Part shown: piece by piece, positions 21,495 to 31,642 of the stretch | Layout: each line of letters opens with the position of its first letter | Numbering within the stretch: position 1 is the stretch's first letter | The notes under the pieces: model-generated | Told to the model about the DNA's origin: nothing | The model's database searches: none | Seen by the model: the letters and a program-made list of their open reading frames with translations, nothing else | Assembly (NCBI GenBank): GCA_001818655.1 | Contig: MHLC01000026.1 | Coordinates: 1-54,420, forward strand | DNA length: 54,420 bases | Origin: Candidatus Liptonbacteria bacterium RIFCSPLOWO2_01_FULL_56_20 | Lineage (GTDB): Bacteria > Patescibacteriota > Minisyncoccia > UBA6257 > 2-01-FULL-56-20 | Direction: 5' to 3' | Program-made: the position numbers and the translations under genes

Positions 21495-23162
21495 TTATTT
21501 GAACATACGGGCCGTGCGAAGATGCCATGTCGCTGCGTCCCTGAACCGGTCTGATGGCTCCTCGATGGGTCCGGGCGTTACGCCCTTAAGTTCTTTGCTT
21601 ACCACGTGGAGGTATTCGGGGGAATACAAGAAGAGCGCGGGGTAGTCGTTCACTATGGTCGTTTGGAGTTCGCGGAGGCCCTGCGCCCTGCTCTCCAAGT
21701 CGAGCTCGGTGCGGGTCGTCTCAATAAGATCGTCAACGTCTTGATTATGATAGAGCGCGAGGTTCAAGCCCGGATAGAACCGCTCGCTCGAGTGCCAGAA
21801 TGAGTAGAGGTCTGGTCCCGGCCCCACGACGTTTCCGAAAAGAAGCGCCTGGTACTCGCGGTTTTTAATGACGCGGTTTGCAATCTCCTCCGGCGGGAGC
21901 GTGACGACCGTTACGCGTACGCCGATGTTCTGCCACGCCTCCTGGAGCATCCGCGCGGTTGCTTCAAGGAACGAGATGCGCGGCACGGTAAGGTCGAACT
22001 CCAATGGTATAGTAGCATTTTTTACGATTTTTTCCCTTGTGCCCGAGGCCGTGAGCGTCCACCCCGCGTTCTCGAGAAGTTCGGCGGCAGATGGCGGCGC
22101 AGACAAGGATGACGACGGCGCAGAAAAAGGCGCATCCTGCGGGTTAGGAGGGAAAAAGAACGGAGAAAGCGGCCCCTCGGCAACGAGCGCGTTTCCGCCG
22201 AACACCTCGCGAACGATCGCGCCCTTGGGGATCGCCGCGTCGAGCGCCTGGCGGACACCCGGTTCTTTCAAGGCAAGGTGCTGACTTTGGTTAAGGAATA
22301 CGGCGTAATAACTCGGCAGGTCAAATGGGATGAGCCTGTACGGGCGGTTGATCTTCTCGACTATCGCGGGGTCGAATGTCGCAAGGCCGTCTACTGATGC
22401 GGCGTTGAACGCCCGGAGGAGCTCGTCGGTGCTCGGGAAGAAGCGGAAGACGATGTCGTCGATAAGTGCGGCCGCGCGGAAGTAGCGCGGATTTCGCACC
22501 ACGCGATAGCTCGTGATGAATCCATTCGGCTTCTTCTCGTAGGCATCGAACTGGTACGGTCCGCTCCCGATGGGCTTCAGGTTGTATTCTGACAGGCGCC
22601 AGTTCGCCGGAGGCGTTTCCGCGAACAGATGCTTGGGGAGAACGTAAAGATCCTCCAGGTTCTCATTGAAGAATGCGTACGGCGTCGCAAGGTTGAATTG
22701 CATTTCGAGTTCGCTCACGCGGTTTACCACGACCCCCTGCCAGTTTGAGAAGAATGGGGACTGGCTTTCAGGGTTTTGTATGGTTTGCACCGTGAAGATT
22801 ACGTCATCGCTCGTGAGTTTGACGTTATTCGACCAGACGAGGTTCTCTTTGAGTCGCACATTCCACGTGCGCCCATTCCGACCGCTCTCGATCTTATCTG
22901 CAAGATCCGTGAGGCTCGAGAAGGTAAGACGCACGAGGGCCTTGTCCACTTCGCTCGCCGCGAGGACCGGATTCACGTACGCGGGCTGCCCGACCGCTCC
23001 CTCCCGGTATTCTCCGCCCGGCGCAGGGAGGATGCGGGTAGATGCGTGGATGCGGAACACGACGAGCGCCGCAGCGCTCCCTGCGACGAGGAGCCCTGCT
23101 GCGACGAAAGAGATCCGTTCGGATCTGGTGAGCGCGAAGAAAATGTTTTTAAAACGCGTCAT
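21495..23162 (-). CDS. solute-binding protein family 5 (peptide/nickel-type), membrane-anchored, orphan
   Basis: 555 aa with an N-terminal TM and SBP_bac_5-like length and motifs (GSGPY.F..Y....). No permease or ATPase genes are adjacent. Confidence 0.7.
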   Translation of the reverse strand: MTRFKNIFFALTRSERISFVAAGLLVAGSAAALVVFRIHASTRILPAPGGEYREGAVGQPAYVNPVLAASEVDKALVRLTFSSLTDLADKIESGRNGRTWNVRLKENLVWSNNVKLTSDDVIFTVQTIQNPESQSPFFSNWQGVVVNRVSELEMQFNLATPYAFFNENLEDLYVLPKHLFAETPPANWRLSEYNLKPIGSGPYQFDAYEKKPNGFITSYRVVRNPRYFRAAALIDDIVFRFFPSTDELLRAFNAASVDGLATFDPAIVEKINRPYRLIPFDLPSYYAVFLNQSQHLALKEPGVRQALDAAIPKGAIVREVFGGNALVAEGPLSPFFFPPNPQDAPFSAPSSSLSAPPSAAELLENAGWTLTASGTREKIVKNATIPLEFDLTVPRISFLEATARMLQEAWQNIGVRVTVVTLPPEEIANRVIKNREYQALLFGNVVGPGPDLYSFWHSSERFYPGLNLALYHNQDVDDLIETTRTELDLESRAQGLRELQTTIVNDYPALFLYSPEYLHVVSKELKGVTPGPIEEPSDRFRDAATWHLRTARMFK

Positions 23163-23230
23163 ATATGCTCAAAGGGTCGGATGCGACCGTAAAGGCGCCT
23201 GACGTATGAAGCACGCAGAGCCGAAGCCCG

Positions 23231-23443
23231 CTAGAGGATCAGCTGCATCACCGCGAGTCCCATGAATACAACCGCAAGCACGATCGTGCCCCAGAAGATG
23301 AGCTTTTCCATTCCACGGCGGGTCTGGTAGAATCCGCCGCTCTCGCCGCCGAAGATGCCCGAGAGCCCCGCCGAGCGTTCCTGGAGCAGGATGAGGACGA
23401 TAAGGAGAACGGAAACGACGACCTGCGTAATGGGGATGATCAT
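23231..23443 (-). CDS. secG: preprotein translocase subunit SecG
   Basis: 70 aa, two TMs, LILLQERSAGLSGIFGG motif. Confidence 0.8.
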   Translation of the reverse strand: MIIPITQVVVSVLLIVLILLQERSAGLSGIFGGESGGFYQTRRGMEKLIFWGTIVLAVVFMGLAVMQLIL

Positions 23444-23793
23444 GTTTTCGTAGCAAGATGAAAGACGAAATTAATGAAACTTATGATCAGCGACGCGAAA
23501 ATCAGCGAACTTACGCTCTCGATACTAAGGTTTTTGGATAAAACGTCAAGCAGGTACAGCACGGAGGCGTTCACCAGAATGAGCCCAAACCCCAGCGTGA
23601 TGACGATGACGGGCCCGAACACGAGCTTGAGTACGGGCTTGACCGCGAAATTCAGGATGGCGAGGAGAAGCGCGATCGTCGCGATGTCGCTCCAGCTCCC
23701 TTCGAGGCGTACGTTCGGAACCCATTGGTTTGCGGCCAAGAGGCCCAATGCGTTCGCGACGACGACCACGACGATCCTTGCGAGCCACCGCAT
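23440..23793 (-). CDS. 4-TM membrane protein, phage-holin-4_2 / YvlD-like family
   Basis: ANALGLLAANQWVP...LLLAILNFAVKPVLKLVFGPVIVITLGFGLILVNASVLYLL matches the superfamily-IV holin-like pattern. Confidence 0.6.
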   Translation of the reverse strand: MRWLARIVVVVVANALGLLAANQWVPNVRLEGSWSDIATIALLLAILNFAVKPVLKLVFGPVIVITLGFGLILVNASVLYLLDVLSKNLSIESVSSLIFASLIISFINFVFHLATKT

Positions 23794-23824
23794 ATCTATA
23801 AAGTATATACTGTTTCGCGCGTTT

Positions 23825-25357
23825 TTACCCCACCAGGTTCCGGAGCAGGCTTTTACCCGTCATTTCTCCGGGTATGGGAATGTCCATGAGCTCAAGGACG
23901 GTCGGCGCGACGTCGGAAAGGATCCCGGTGGTCTCTCTTGTAAGATCGCGAACGCCGGCGAATTTTTTACCCATAAATTCTTTGCCCACGAGATAGAGCG
24001 GGACCGGGTTCGGGTCGTGCTGTGTTTCAGCCGCCCCGGTCATCGGGTTCACCATCTCTTCGAGGTTGCCGTGGTCGGAGGTGATGACGAGGAGTCCGCC
24101 CATGTCGCCCACGGCTTTGACCACGCGGCCGATCTCGCGGTCCAGCACTTTTACGGCCTCGATCGCCGCCTGGTAGTTGCCGCTGTGGCCGATCGTGTCC
24201 GCATTCGCGTAATTCGCCACGATGAGATCGAACGCCCGGTTTTGCACGGCCTCGATGAGCCGGTCGGTGATGGCGGACGCGCGAAGTTCGGGCTGTTCAT
24301 CTGGATGCATGAGGTTCAGCGAAGGAATGAGCACGCGGTATTCGTTCTCATACGGCGGTTCGCGGTAGCCGTTCATGAAGTAGGTGATGTGCGCGTACTT
24401 GTAGGTCTCGGCAATCCGGAGCTGGACTTTTCCGGCCTGGCTCACGGCGTATCCCAGCGATTGCTGAACGGTGTCGGGGAGAAATGCGGCCGGCGCCGTA
24501 AAACTGTCTTCGTAGCGGGTGAAGGTCGCGAAGAAAACGTTCTGGAACTTCTTCGTTGGAAACGCGGAGAATGTCGGGAGCAGGAACGCCTCGCTCAATT
24601 GGCGGATGCTGTCTTCGCGGAAATTGAAGAAAATGACCGCGTCGTTCTCTTCGATGGGCGCGCCGTTCTTCATGCGGAGCGGGGGCAGGAATTCTTCGGA
24701 GAGCCCCTGAGCGTAGATGTCGCGGACGGCCTGCGAAGGGTCTTGCACGCGTTCGCCGCCTGAACCCGTGAGGCACTCATAGGCGCGTTCGGTGAGCTGC
24801 CAATGCTGGTTCCGATCCATCGCGTAGTAGCGGCCGATGAGCGTGCAGATCTTTTCCTGCGGGAGGGTCGCGAGAAATTCTTCCAGGGTGCGCGGCGGGC
24901 TGTCTTTGCCGTCCGCGAACAGATGGAGCTTTATGGGTACGCCTTCTTGTTCCGCCATGCTGATGAGTGCGTGGAGCTGGTCAAGCGATGCGTGGGTGTT
25001 CGCTTTGCTCAGGAGGCCGACCAAATTCACCGAGGAGTTGTGTTGTTTTGCATGCTGAAGCGCGCTTTTCAAAGCAGGATTCTCGAAAAACATTCCATCG
25101 CGGATCGCCATCATGATCTTGGGATAGTATTGATACACGGTTTTCCCGGCGCCGAGCGTAAGGTGGCCGACCTCGCTGTTGCCGGTTTCGCCCCACGGGA
25201 GCCCCACGCTTATGCCAGACGCCTGAAGGCTGGCGGTGGGGTATTGCTCGGCGAGCGCGCGGAAATTCTGCGGCTGCACCACGTGGATAGGATTGGATTC
25301 GTTCTCAAGCCCAATCCCCCAGCCGTCAAGAATAACGAGCACGACGGTTCGCACCAT
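23825..25357 (-). CDS. gpmI: 2,3-bisphosphoglycerate-independent phosphoglycerate mutase
   Basis: VLVILDGWG, NSEVGHLTLGAGK, ANADTIGHSG and TSDHGN motifs. Confidence 0.9.
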   Translation of the reverse strand: MVRTVVLVILDGWGIGLENESNPIHVVQPQNFRALAEQYPTASLQASGISVGLPWGETGNSEVGHLTLGAGKTVYQYYPKIMMAIRDGMFFENPALKSALQHAKQHNSSVNLVGLLSKANTHASLDQLHALISMAEQEGVPIKLHLFADGKDSPPRTLEEFLATLPQEKICTLIGRYYAMDRNQHWQLTERAYECLTGSGGERVQDPSQAVRDIYAQGLSEEFLPPLRMKNGAPIEENDAVIFFNFREDSIRQLSEAFLLPTFSAFPTKKFQNVFFATFTRYEDSFTAPAAFLPDTVQQSLGYAVSQAGKVQLRIAETYKYAHITYFMNGYREPPYENEYRVLIPSLNLMHPDEQPELRASAITDRLIEAVQNRAFDLIVANYANADTIGHSGNYQAAIEAVKVLDREIGRVVKAVGDMGGLLVITSDHGNLEEMVNPMTGAAETQHDPNPVPLYLVGKEFMGKKFAGVRDLTRETTGILSDVAPTVLELMDIPIPGEMTGKSLLRNLVG

Positions 25358-25527
25358 GCGTTTATTCTACGCGATTCCCCGTATTTCCCCAATGCGCGGT
25401 ACCGGGGGAGTTGACGGCGCGCGCGGTTCGCGGTACCATGGATGCATTAAAGAGTCATCAAACCATTTTACTTCCTAAAGAACTCTGGGATCATCACATC
25501 CAATGAAGAATTTAGGAAAGGACCTCA

Positions 25528-27051
25528 ATGTGGATCTCGTTCCCCGCGATTGTAATCGGCGGAATTGTGCTTGTCGCGTTGGGCTACTTTGGCAGGCGGA
25601 CGCTTGCGCAAAGGACGGGCGATTCGATCGAGCAGAAGAGCCGGCATAAGCTCGACGCCGCCGAGACAAAAGCAAAAGAAATAGTGCTTGAGGCGCAGGG
25701 GAAGGCTGCGTCGGTTTTGGAGAACCTCAACAATGAAGAGCGCGAGCGGAAAAGCCAGCTACATGCGATTGAGACCCGCCTTCTTCACAGGGAAGAGCTT
25801 TTAGATAAGAAGCTTGCGGGCATAAGCGACGAAGAGGCAGGCATCAAAGAAAAGCAGGCGCGTCTCGCGCGCGAAGAGGTAAAAGTGGATGAACTCAAGG
25901 CGCAAACCGCGCAAAAACTTGAGACCCTGAGCGGGCTCACCAAGACGCAGGCGCGCGAAGAGCTCTTCCGTGTTGTCCGCGAGAAGAACGAGCAGGAGCT
26001 CGCGCAGTCCCTGCAGAAGTTCGACCAGGAGCGCCGCGACGAGGTAGAGAAAAAATCCCTGGAGATCATCACCGGGTCGCTCCAGCGTTACGCGCGCTCG
26101 CACGTTTCGGAACTTACGACGACCGCGTTCCCGCTAAGCGATGAAGAGCTCAAGGGGAAGATCATCGGCCGCGAGGGCAGGAACATCCGTGCGCTTGAGC
26201 GCGCAACCGGCGTGGAGCTCGTGATAGACGAGACGCCCGACAGCATCGTGATCTCGTCGTTCGACCCGTATCGCCGGGAAGTGGCGCGGCTCGCGCTCGT
26301 GAAGCTCATCAAGGACGGCAGGATCCAGCCCGCGAAGATCGAAGAAAAAGTGGACGAGGCGAAAGCCGAACTCGCCAAGCGCGTGCTTGAAGTCGGCGAG
26401 GCCGCCGCGATGGAGGTGGGAGTGTACGATCTGCCCAAGGAGATCCTCCAGCTCCTGGGAAGGTTGCATTTCCGGACGAGCTACGGCCAGAACGTGCTTA
26501 CGCATTCGATCGAGATGGCATACCTTGCCGCGATGATGGCGGCGGAATTGGGCCTCCGGGTCGAGGTCGCGAAAAAGGGCGCCTTGCTCCACGACATCGG
26601 GAAAGCGATCGACCACGAGGTGGAAGGCACCCACGTAGAGCTCGGAAGGAAGATCCTTAAAAAGTACGGCATTGACGAGGCGGTTATTTTGGCGATGCAG
26701 TCGCATCACGAAGATTATCCCTACGCGATTCCCGAGGCATACGTGGTGTCTGCGGCAGACGTATTGTCTGCGGCGCGTCCCGGCGCCAGGCGGGATACGC
26801 TCGAGCACTACATCAAGCGGCTGGGAGACCTCGAGAAGATCGCGATGGAGTTCCCGGGCGTGAAACAGGCCTATGCGATCTCTGCGGGCCGCGAGCTTCG
26901 CGTGTTCGTGGTCCCGGAGAAGGTGGACGACTTCCGCGCCCTGGAGCTCGCGCGCGAGATTGCGAACCGGATCCAATCCGAGTTAAAATACCCGGGCGAG
27001 ATCAAGGTGAACGTCATCCGGGAAATGAGGGCGGTGGAATACGCCCGCTGA
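25528..27051 (+). CDS. rny: ribonuclease Y
   Basis: N-terminal TM, coiled coil, KH domain (IIGREGRNIRALERATGVELVID) and HD domain (HSIEMAYLAAMMA...LLHDIGKA). Confidence 0.9.
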   Translation: MWISFPAIVIGGIVLVALGYFGRRTLAQRTGDSIEQKSRHKLDAAETKAKEIVLEAQGKAASVLENLNNEERERKSQLHAIETRLLHREELLDKKLAGISDEEAGIKEKQARLAREEVKVDELKAQTAQKLETLSGLTKTQAREELFRVVREKNEQELAQSLQKFDQERRDEVEKKSLEIITGSLQRYARSHVSELTTTAFPLSDEELKGKIIGREGRNIRALERATGVELVIDETPDSIVISSFDPYRREVARLALVKLIKDGRIQPAKIEEKVDEAKAELAKRVLEVGEAAAMEVGVYDLPKEILQLLGRLHFRTSYGQNVLTHSIEMAYLAAMMAAELGLRVEVAKKGALLHDIGKAIDHEVEGTHVELGRKILKKYGIDEAVILAMQSHHEDYPYAIPEAYVVSAADVLSAARPGARRDTLEHYIKRLGDLEKIAMEFPGVKQAYAISAGRELRVFVVPEKVDDFRALELAREIANRIQSELKYPGEIKVNVIREMRAVEYAR

Positions 27052-27077
27052 AGACGGCGGCTCGAAGCCCACACCAT

Positions 27078-28481
27078 ATGCTTCTAAAACTTTCAAAAAC
27101 TTCTCTTTACACGTCGTTCTTCGCGGTCGTCGTCGTCATGGCGTCGACGTTTTTCCCTTTCATCGGCGGCAAATACTTTTTCTTCCGCTTTTTTGTCGAG
27201 CTGGCGCTCGCGTTTCTTTTGCTGTGGTGGGGATTCGAGGCGCCGCGCGGCGAAGTGGAGCGCCGCGTAATGCGCCTGTGGAAGCAGCCCCTTGTGATCG
27301 CCGTCTCGATCTTCGTGCTCGTCTACCTGCTCGCGACGGCGTTCGCCTATGACTCCAGTGCGGCGTTCTGGTCGAACTACGAGCGCGGCGAGGGCGGATT
27401 TCAGATGCTGCACTATTATTTGTTCTTCTTGTTGCTTCTCACGGTGTTTACCGAATGGTCGGACTGGCGGCGGGCGCTGCGCGTTTCGCTTGCCGCCGCC
27501 TCGCTTATGATCCTCTACGGCGTGACTGCGCAGCTCCTGCCCGGAGGGCAGGGCATTTTCTTGTTCGTAACCCCCTACCAACAGGCGAATCCGCCCACCG
27601 CCGTATGGGAGCTTTTAACCATAGCCAGATTCCAAGGATCTCTGGGGAACCCGGCGTACGTCGCTCCGTATCTGATATTCTCCATTTTTTTCACGTTCTA
27701 TCTGTGGCTTGAGCGGCGTGCGACAGCGAAGGGCTGGATTCGGGACGCGCTCTACGGGGCACTGGTGCTCGCATTCATCTTTTTCTTCTTCTTGAGTCAG
27801 ACCAGGGGCGCGTTCTTGGGGCTTGCGGCGGCGATCGTCGCAGCATTCGGGTATCTCATCGCGGCAGCGCGGTCCCGCATAAGAATGCTTGCGCTGTGGG
27901 GATTGATAGCTATTTTTCTTGTCGGTGGTGCGCTGTTCGCCCTCAAGGACAACTCGTTCGTGCAGCGTCTGCCCGGCAGTCGGATGTTTGACATCTCTTT
28001 TTCCGGCGACACCGCGCAGACGCGATTCTGGACGTGGGGGTCTGCGCTTAAGGGGTTTCGCGAGAGGCCGATCTTGGGATGGGGGCCGGAGAATTTCAGC
28101 ACCGTATTTGACAAGTATTTTGACGCGCGCCACTTCGTGCCCGGCAAGAACACTGAAACGTGGTTTGATCGGGCGCACAGCGTATTTTTCGGCTATCTCA
28201 CGGAAACAGGGATCCTCGGCCTCGCAAGCTATCTCGCTATATTCTTTGTCTTTTATCGGCAGTTTTTCAAAAAAGCTTATGCGAATCTCCGCGAGGAGAA
28301 ATCGAGACAAAAAACACACGCGACATTGCGGGATTCAATAGGAATACGAGCATTATTTTTCGCCATGCCGATCGGATATCTTGTTCAGGGCGCTGCCCTG
28401 TTCGACGTATTGCCTATCTATCTCAACCTGTTCTTCTTTTTCGCACTCTCGAGTTTTATCTTTCACGAGCACACGACATGA
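27078..28481 (+). CDS. O-antigen ligase / polymerase-like membrane protein (Wzy_C family)
   Basis: 467 aa, more than 10 TMs, LSQTRGAFLGLAAAIV motif, periplasmic loop. Confidence 0.7.
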   Translation: MLLKLSKTSLYTSFFAVVVVMASTFFPFIGGKYFFFRFFVELALAFLLLWWGFEAPRGEVERRVMRLWKQPLVIAVSIFVLVYLLATAFAYDSSAAFWSNYERGEGGFQMLHYYLFFLLLLTVFTEWSDWRRALRVSLAAASLMILYGVTAQLLPGGQGIFLFVTPYQQANPPTAVWELLTIARFQGSLGNPAYVAPYLIFSIFFTFYLWLERRATAKGWIRDALYGALVLAFIFFFFLSQTRGAFLGLAAAIVAAFGYLIAAARSRIRMLALWGLIAIFLVGGALFALKDNSFVQRLPGSRMFDISFSGDTAQTRFWTWGSALKGFRERPILGWGPENFSTVFDKYFDARHFVPGKNTETWFDRAHSVFFGYLTETGILGLASYLAIFFVFYRQFFKKAYANLREEKSRQKTHATLRDSIGIRALFFAMPIGYLVQGAALFDVLPIYLNLFFFFALSSFIFHEHTT

Positions 28482-29098
28482 CGCACCACACAAGGAAAAG
28501 CATTGCCGTCGCCGCGACGATCGCGATTCTCGCAATCGCATACTACGGGAGTTTCCTGCCGCTCCGTAAGTCCCAGCTTTTCATCCACGCGCTCCGGACA
28601 GTTGGTCAGGCACGTTCATTTCCCGAATTCGCCGAGGCCATGTCGGTGCCGCTTGATGCGCCGTCGCCGATCGGGCAAGAAGAGCTCGTACGGAACATGG
28701 GGAATTACCTCGTCAACATCATCCGCGGCAACGCGCAGAATCCAGAGCTTGTCGCTGCGGTCATGCAGTATATGGAGCGCTACTACGCGCCGATCCTCGC
28801 GCGCGGCCGCGGCATGAGCTACGAGCAGAATCTTTTCGTGCTCGGTACGGCGAGCGAATTCGCGTTCATAAAAACGAATAACCCGCAGTATCTTGCCGCG
28901 GCAAAACGATACTATCTTCAGGGCTTTTCCCTTGGCCCTAACCGCCCGCAACCCCTGTACGGGCTGCTGGACGTCTATCGCATGGAAGGGGATCTCGATC
29001 GGGCGATAGAGATGGGCGAGAAGATCGTTTCTCTGTGGCCATCGGATGAAAGGACAAAAGGAGTCCTCGAGGAGCTTAAAGGAGATAAACGGCCTTGA
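28478..29098 (+). CDS. membrane-anchored hypothetical protein with TPR-like C-terminus
   Basis: N-terminal TM and LYGLLDVYRMEGDLDRAIEMGEKIVSLWP. ATGA overlap with the upstream gene. Confidence 0.5.
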   Translation: MTHHTRKSIAVAATIAILAIAYYGSFLPLRKSQLFIHALRTVGQARSFPEFAEAMSVPLDAPSPIGQEELVRNMGNYLVNIIRGNAQNPELVAAVMQYMERYYAPILARGRGMSYEQNLFVLGTASEFAFIKTNNPQYLAAAKRYYLQGFSLGPNRPQPLYGLLDVYRMEGDLDRAIEMGEKIVSLWPSDERTKGVLEELKGDKRP

Positions 29099-29143
29099 GG
29101 TTTTCTCGGCGGCGGTGTTTAATGTGAGCGATTATTTCTGACT

Positions 29144-30127
29144 ATGCCCAATTCTAAAGTTGCTTTAGTGTGCGGCGCCGGCGGGTTTATCGGGAGCCAT
29201 TTGGTTCGCCGCTTAAAGAGCGAAGGGCACTGGGTGCGGGGAGTGGACCTGAAATATCCGGATTTCAGCGGGACGCCGGCGGATGATTTTGTGATCGGCG
29301 ACTTGCGCGAGCCGACGGTGTGGGAACGCATTCTTGACCGGCCGTTTGACGAGGTCTACCAGCTCGCGGCCGACATGGGCGGCGCCGGATATATTTTTAC
29401 CGGAGACAATGATGCCCACATTATGCATAACTCCGCGCTCATTAATCTGAACCTGCTCACGCTTGCCCGGGAGAGGAGGGTCGGCAGGATATTCTATTCT
29501 TCGTCCGCGTGCATCTACCCGAAACATAATCAGGAGGATCCGGAGAGCCCGAATTGCGCCGAGCACACGGCATACCCTGCGAACCCGGACAGCGAGTACG
29601 GCTGGGAAAAACTCTTCAGCGAACGAATGTACCTCGCGTTCAATCGCAACCACGGCCTGGATGTGAAGATCGCCCGCTTCCATAACATTTTCGGTCCGGA
29701 GGGACCGTGGACGGGTGGGCGGGAAAAGGCGCCGGCGGCTGTGTGCCGCAAAGTCGCGGAGGTGAAGAACGGCGGGACCGTGGAGATCTGGGGAGACGGT
29801 GCCCAAACCCGCTCGTTCCTCTACATTGACGAGTGCCTCGAAGGCGTTTCGCGTTTGATGAACCACCCGAACTTCCGCGGTCCGGTGAATATCGGCTCCG
29901 AGGAGATGGTGAGCATCAACCAGCTGGTTGCGTTGGTCGCCGACATCGCCGGCAAGCGCGTGCATATAAAACACGTAGAAGGCCCGCTCGGCGTTCGTGG
30001 CCGGAATTCTGACAACGAACTCTCCAAGCGTCACCTGAACTGGGCTGCTTCCAAGCCGCTCCGCTACGGCATGGAAAGAACGTATCGTTGGGTGAAAGAA
30101 CAAGTGAAAAACCCCCGAGCAAAATGA
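29144..30127 (+). CDS. NAD-dependent sugar epimerase, GDP-mannose 3,5-epimerase-like
   Basis: GAGGFIGSHL; ADMGGAGYIF; FYSSSACIYP; YGWEKL; ARFHNIFGPEGPWTGGREKAPAAVCRK. These closely follow the motifs I recall from plant/bacterial GME. Confidence 0.75.
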   Translation: MPNSKVALVCGAGGFIGSHLVRRLKSEGHWVRGVDLKYPDFSGTPADDFVIGDLREPTVWERILDRPFDEVYQLAADMGGAGYIFTGDNDAHIMHNSALINLNLLTLARERRVGRIFYSSSACIYPKHNQEDPESPNCAEHTAYPANPDSEYGWEKLFSERMYLAFNRNHGLDVKIARFHNIFGPEGPWTGGREKAPAAVCRKVAEVKNGGTVEIWGDGAQTRSFLYIDECLEGVSRLMNHPNFRGPVNIGSEEMVSINQLVALVADIAGKRVHIKHVEGPLGVRGRNSDNELSKRHLNWAASKPLRYGMERTYRWVKEQVKNPRAK

Positions 30128-31167
30128 AAATCGTCTTCACTGGCTTAGAAAACGAGCGCTACCGGCCGGAGCTCGGCAAAACGAACGAGCATAACAATTT
30201 TTACCTGCTTCTCAAGGCCGACCCGAGGAACGAAGTGTTCTATATTCCTTTCGACCGGGTGCTCGCGGTCGGGAAGAAGGGCTACAATCGCGAGATCGTG
30301 GAGACCGTACGGCGCGAAAAGCCGGATCTATTCTTCGCCTTTATGTACACCGACGAGCTTACCTACGAGACGCTTGACGAGGTGAAGAAGCTTGCCGTGA
30401 GCATCGCGTGGTTCTCCGACGACCACTGGCGGCTGGACAATTACTCGCGTTTTTACGCGCCGCACTTCACGAAAGTCATTACCACCTGGTCCAGGGCGCC
30501 GGAGCGTTACGCGAGGTACGGCATTACGAACGTTATCCGTTCGCAGTGGGGGTTTAACCCGGGCGTGTATCGTCCCGTTGTCGTCCCCGGGCAGGACATC
30601 GCCGTGTCTTTCATCGGCATGAGGACGCCTCATCGCGAGAGGATCGTGAGCGAGCTTCGCGCGGCCGGCATCGCGGTTTTCGTACGCGGCTTCGGCTGGC
30701 AGGAAGGCAGGGCGAGTTTCGAGGAAATGTTGGGGATCATATCCCGCAGTAAGATCAGCCTGAATCTGAATCCGCCGATGTCGGCTTTCGCGCTCAAGCC
30801 CCTCGCGCAGATATTTTTCCGGCGGCGGCGCAACTGGATCGTGCCTGATTTTTGGCATTTCTATGCCAACCTCCAGTCATTTCTCCGCAAGCGCATTCCG
30901 CAGATCAAGGCGCGGCCGTTTGAGATCACGGGCTGCGGCGGCTTTTGCATCTCGGGCGACGCCGACGACATGAAAGATTACCTCGTGCCGGGGAAGGAGG
31001 TCGTACTCTACCAAGACATTCCCGACCTGATAGAGAAGATCCGTTACTACCTCGAACACGAAGAGGAGCGAAAGAGCATCGCGAAAGCCGGCTGCAAGCG
31101 GTCGATCCGGGAGCATACGTACCAGGTGCGCCTGAAGGAAATTTTCAAGCAATTGCGCCTTATATAG
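30124..31167 (+). CDS. CgeB-like glycosyltransferase (DUF3880 / Glyco_trans_1_2)
   Basis: ATG at 30124 overlaps the upstream stop (ATGA). RPFEITGCGGFCIS...LVPGKEVVLY....DLIEKIRYYLEHEEER..IAKAG. Paralogous to 33103-34191. Confidence 0.65.
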   Translation: MKIVFTGLENERYRPELGKTNEHNNFYLLLKADPRNEVFYIPFDRVLAVGKKGYNREIVETVRREKPDLFFAFMYTDELTYETLDEVKKLAVSIAWFSDDHWRLDNYSRFYAPHFTKVITTWSRAPERYARYGITNVIRSQWGFNPGVYRPVVVPGQDIAVSFIGMRTPHRERIVSELRAAGIAVFVRGFGWQEGRASFEEMLGIISRSKISLNLNPPMSAFALKPLAQIFFRRRRNWIVPDFWHFYANLQSFLRKRIPQIKARPFEITGCGGFCISGDADDMKDYLVPGKEVVLYQDIPDLIEKIRYYLEHEEERKSIAKAGCKRSIREHTYQVRLKEIFKQLRLI

Positions 31168-31168
31168 C

Positions 31169-31636
31169 ATGGCCGCCCCGCCATATTTGACGGACGACGA
31201 ATACCGTTTTGTGTACAGTCGGGCTCCTCGTTTGTGTCTCGACCTTGCGGTGGCGGATGCAGACGGCTTGATCCTCAGTAAGCGGGACATCCCTCCGTTT
31301 CAGGGGCTTTGGCACCTTCCGGGAGGCAGGGTCTATTATAAAGAGAGCGTCGCCGAAGCGGCGGCGCGCATTGCCGGCGCCGAAGCCGGGATCACCATAG
31401 CCCTGGACGGCCCTGTGGGGCACATAGAAGTTCTGGAGGACGGAGAGTTTGTTCACAGCGTGAGCTTGGTATTTTTTGCCAGGCATACGGGCGGGACGGT
31501 TCGCGGCAGCGAGCAGGGAAGAGAGATAAAAAAGTGGAAAGAACTTCCTGAGGACACCCACCCCGTTCAAAAGGATTTCTTGCGGCGGCGCTGGGACGAG
31601 GTAGTAAAACATATGCGGCAAACGGAACGAGCGTAA
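31169..31636 (+). CDS. NUDIX hydrolase, GDP-mannose mannosyl hydrolase (WcaH/Gmm)-like
   Basis: F.FVYSRAPRLCLDLAV....GLILSKRDIPPFQGLWHLPGGRVYYKESVAEAAARIAGAEAGI parallels WcaH. Confidence 0.65.
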   Translation: MAAPPYLTDDEYRFVYSRAPRLCLDLAVADADGLILSKRDIPPFQGLWHLPGGRVYYKESVAEAAARIAGAEAGITIALDGPVGHIEVLEDGEFVHSVSLVFFARHTGGTVRGSEQGREIKKWKELPEDTHPVQKDFLRRRWDEVVKHMRQTERA

Positions 31637-31642
31637 TTTACC

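Noticed and set aside
23440-23793. Holin-family gene as evidence of a prophage
   Set aside because: The neighbours are secG and gpmI, and no phage structural, lysin or integrase genes are nearby. This family (YvlD-like) is widespread as a chromosomal membrane protein.
23474-24763. 429-aa plus-strand ORF
   Set aside because: It is antisense to gpmI and the holin-like gene. It is Arg/Ala/Val-rich and low-complexity, with no motifs. It is a GC-rich shadow ORF. The same reasoning applies to 29213-30103, 33037-34137, 26134-26976, 19090-20004, 42518-43246, 27615-28319 and 13369-14049.
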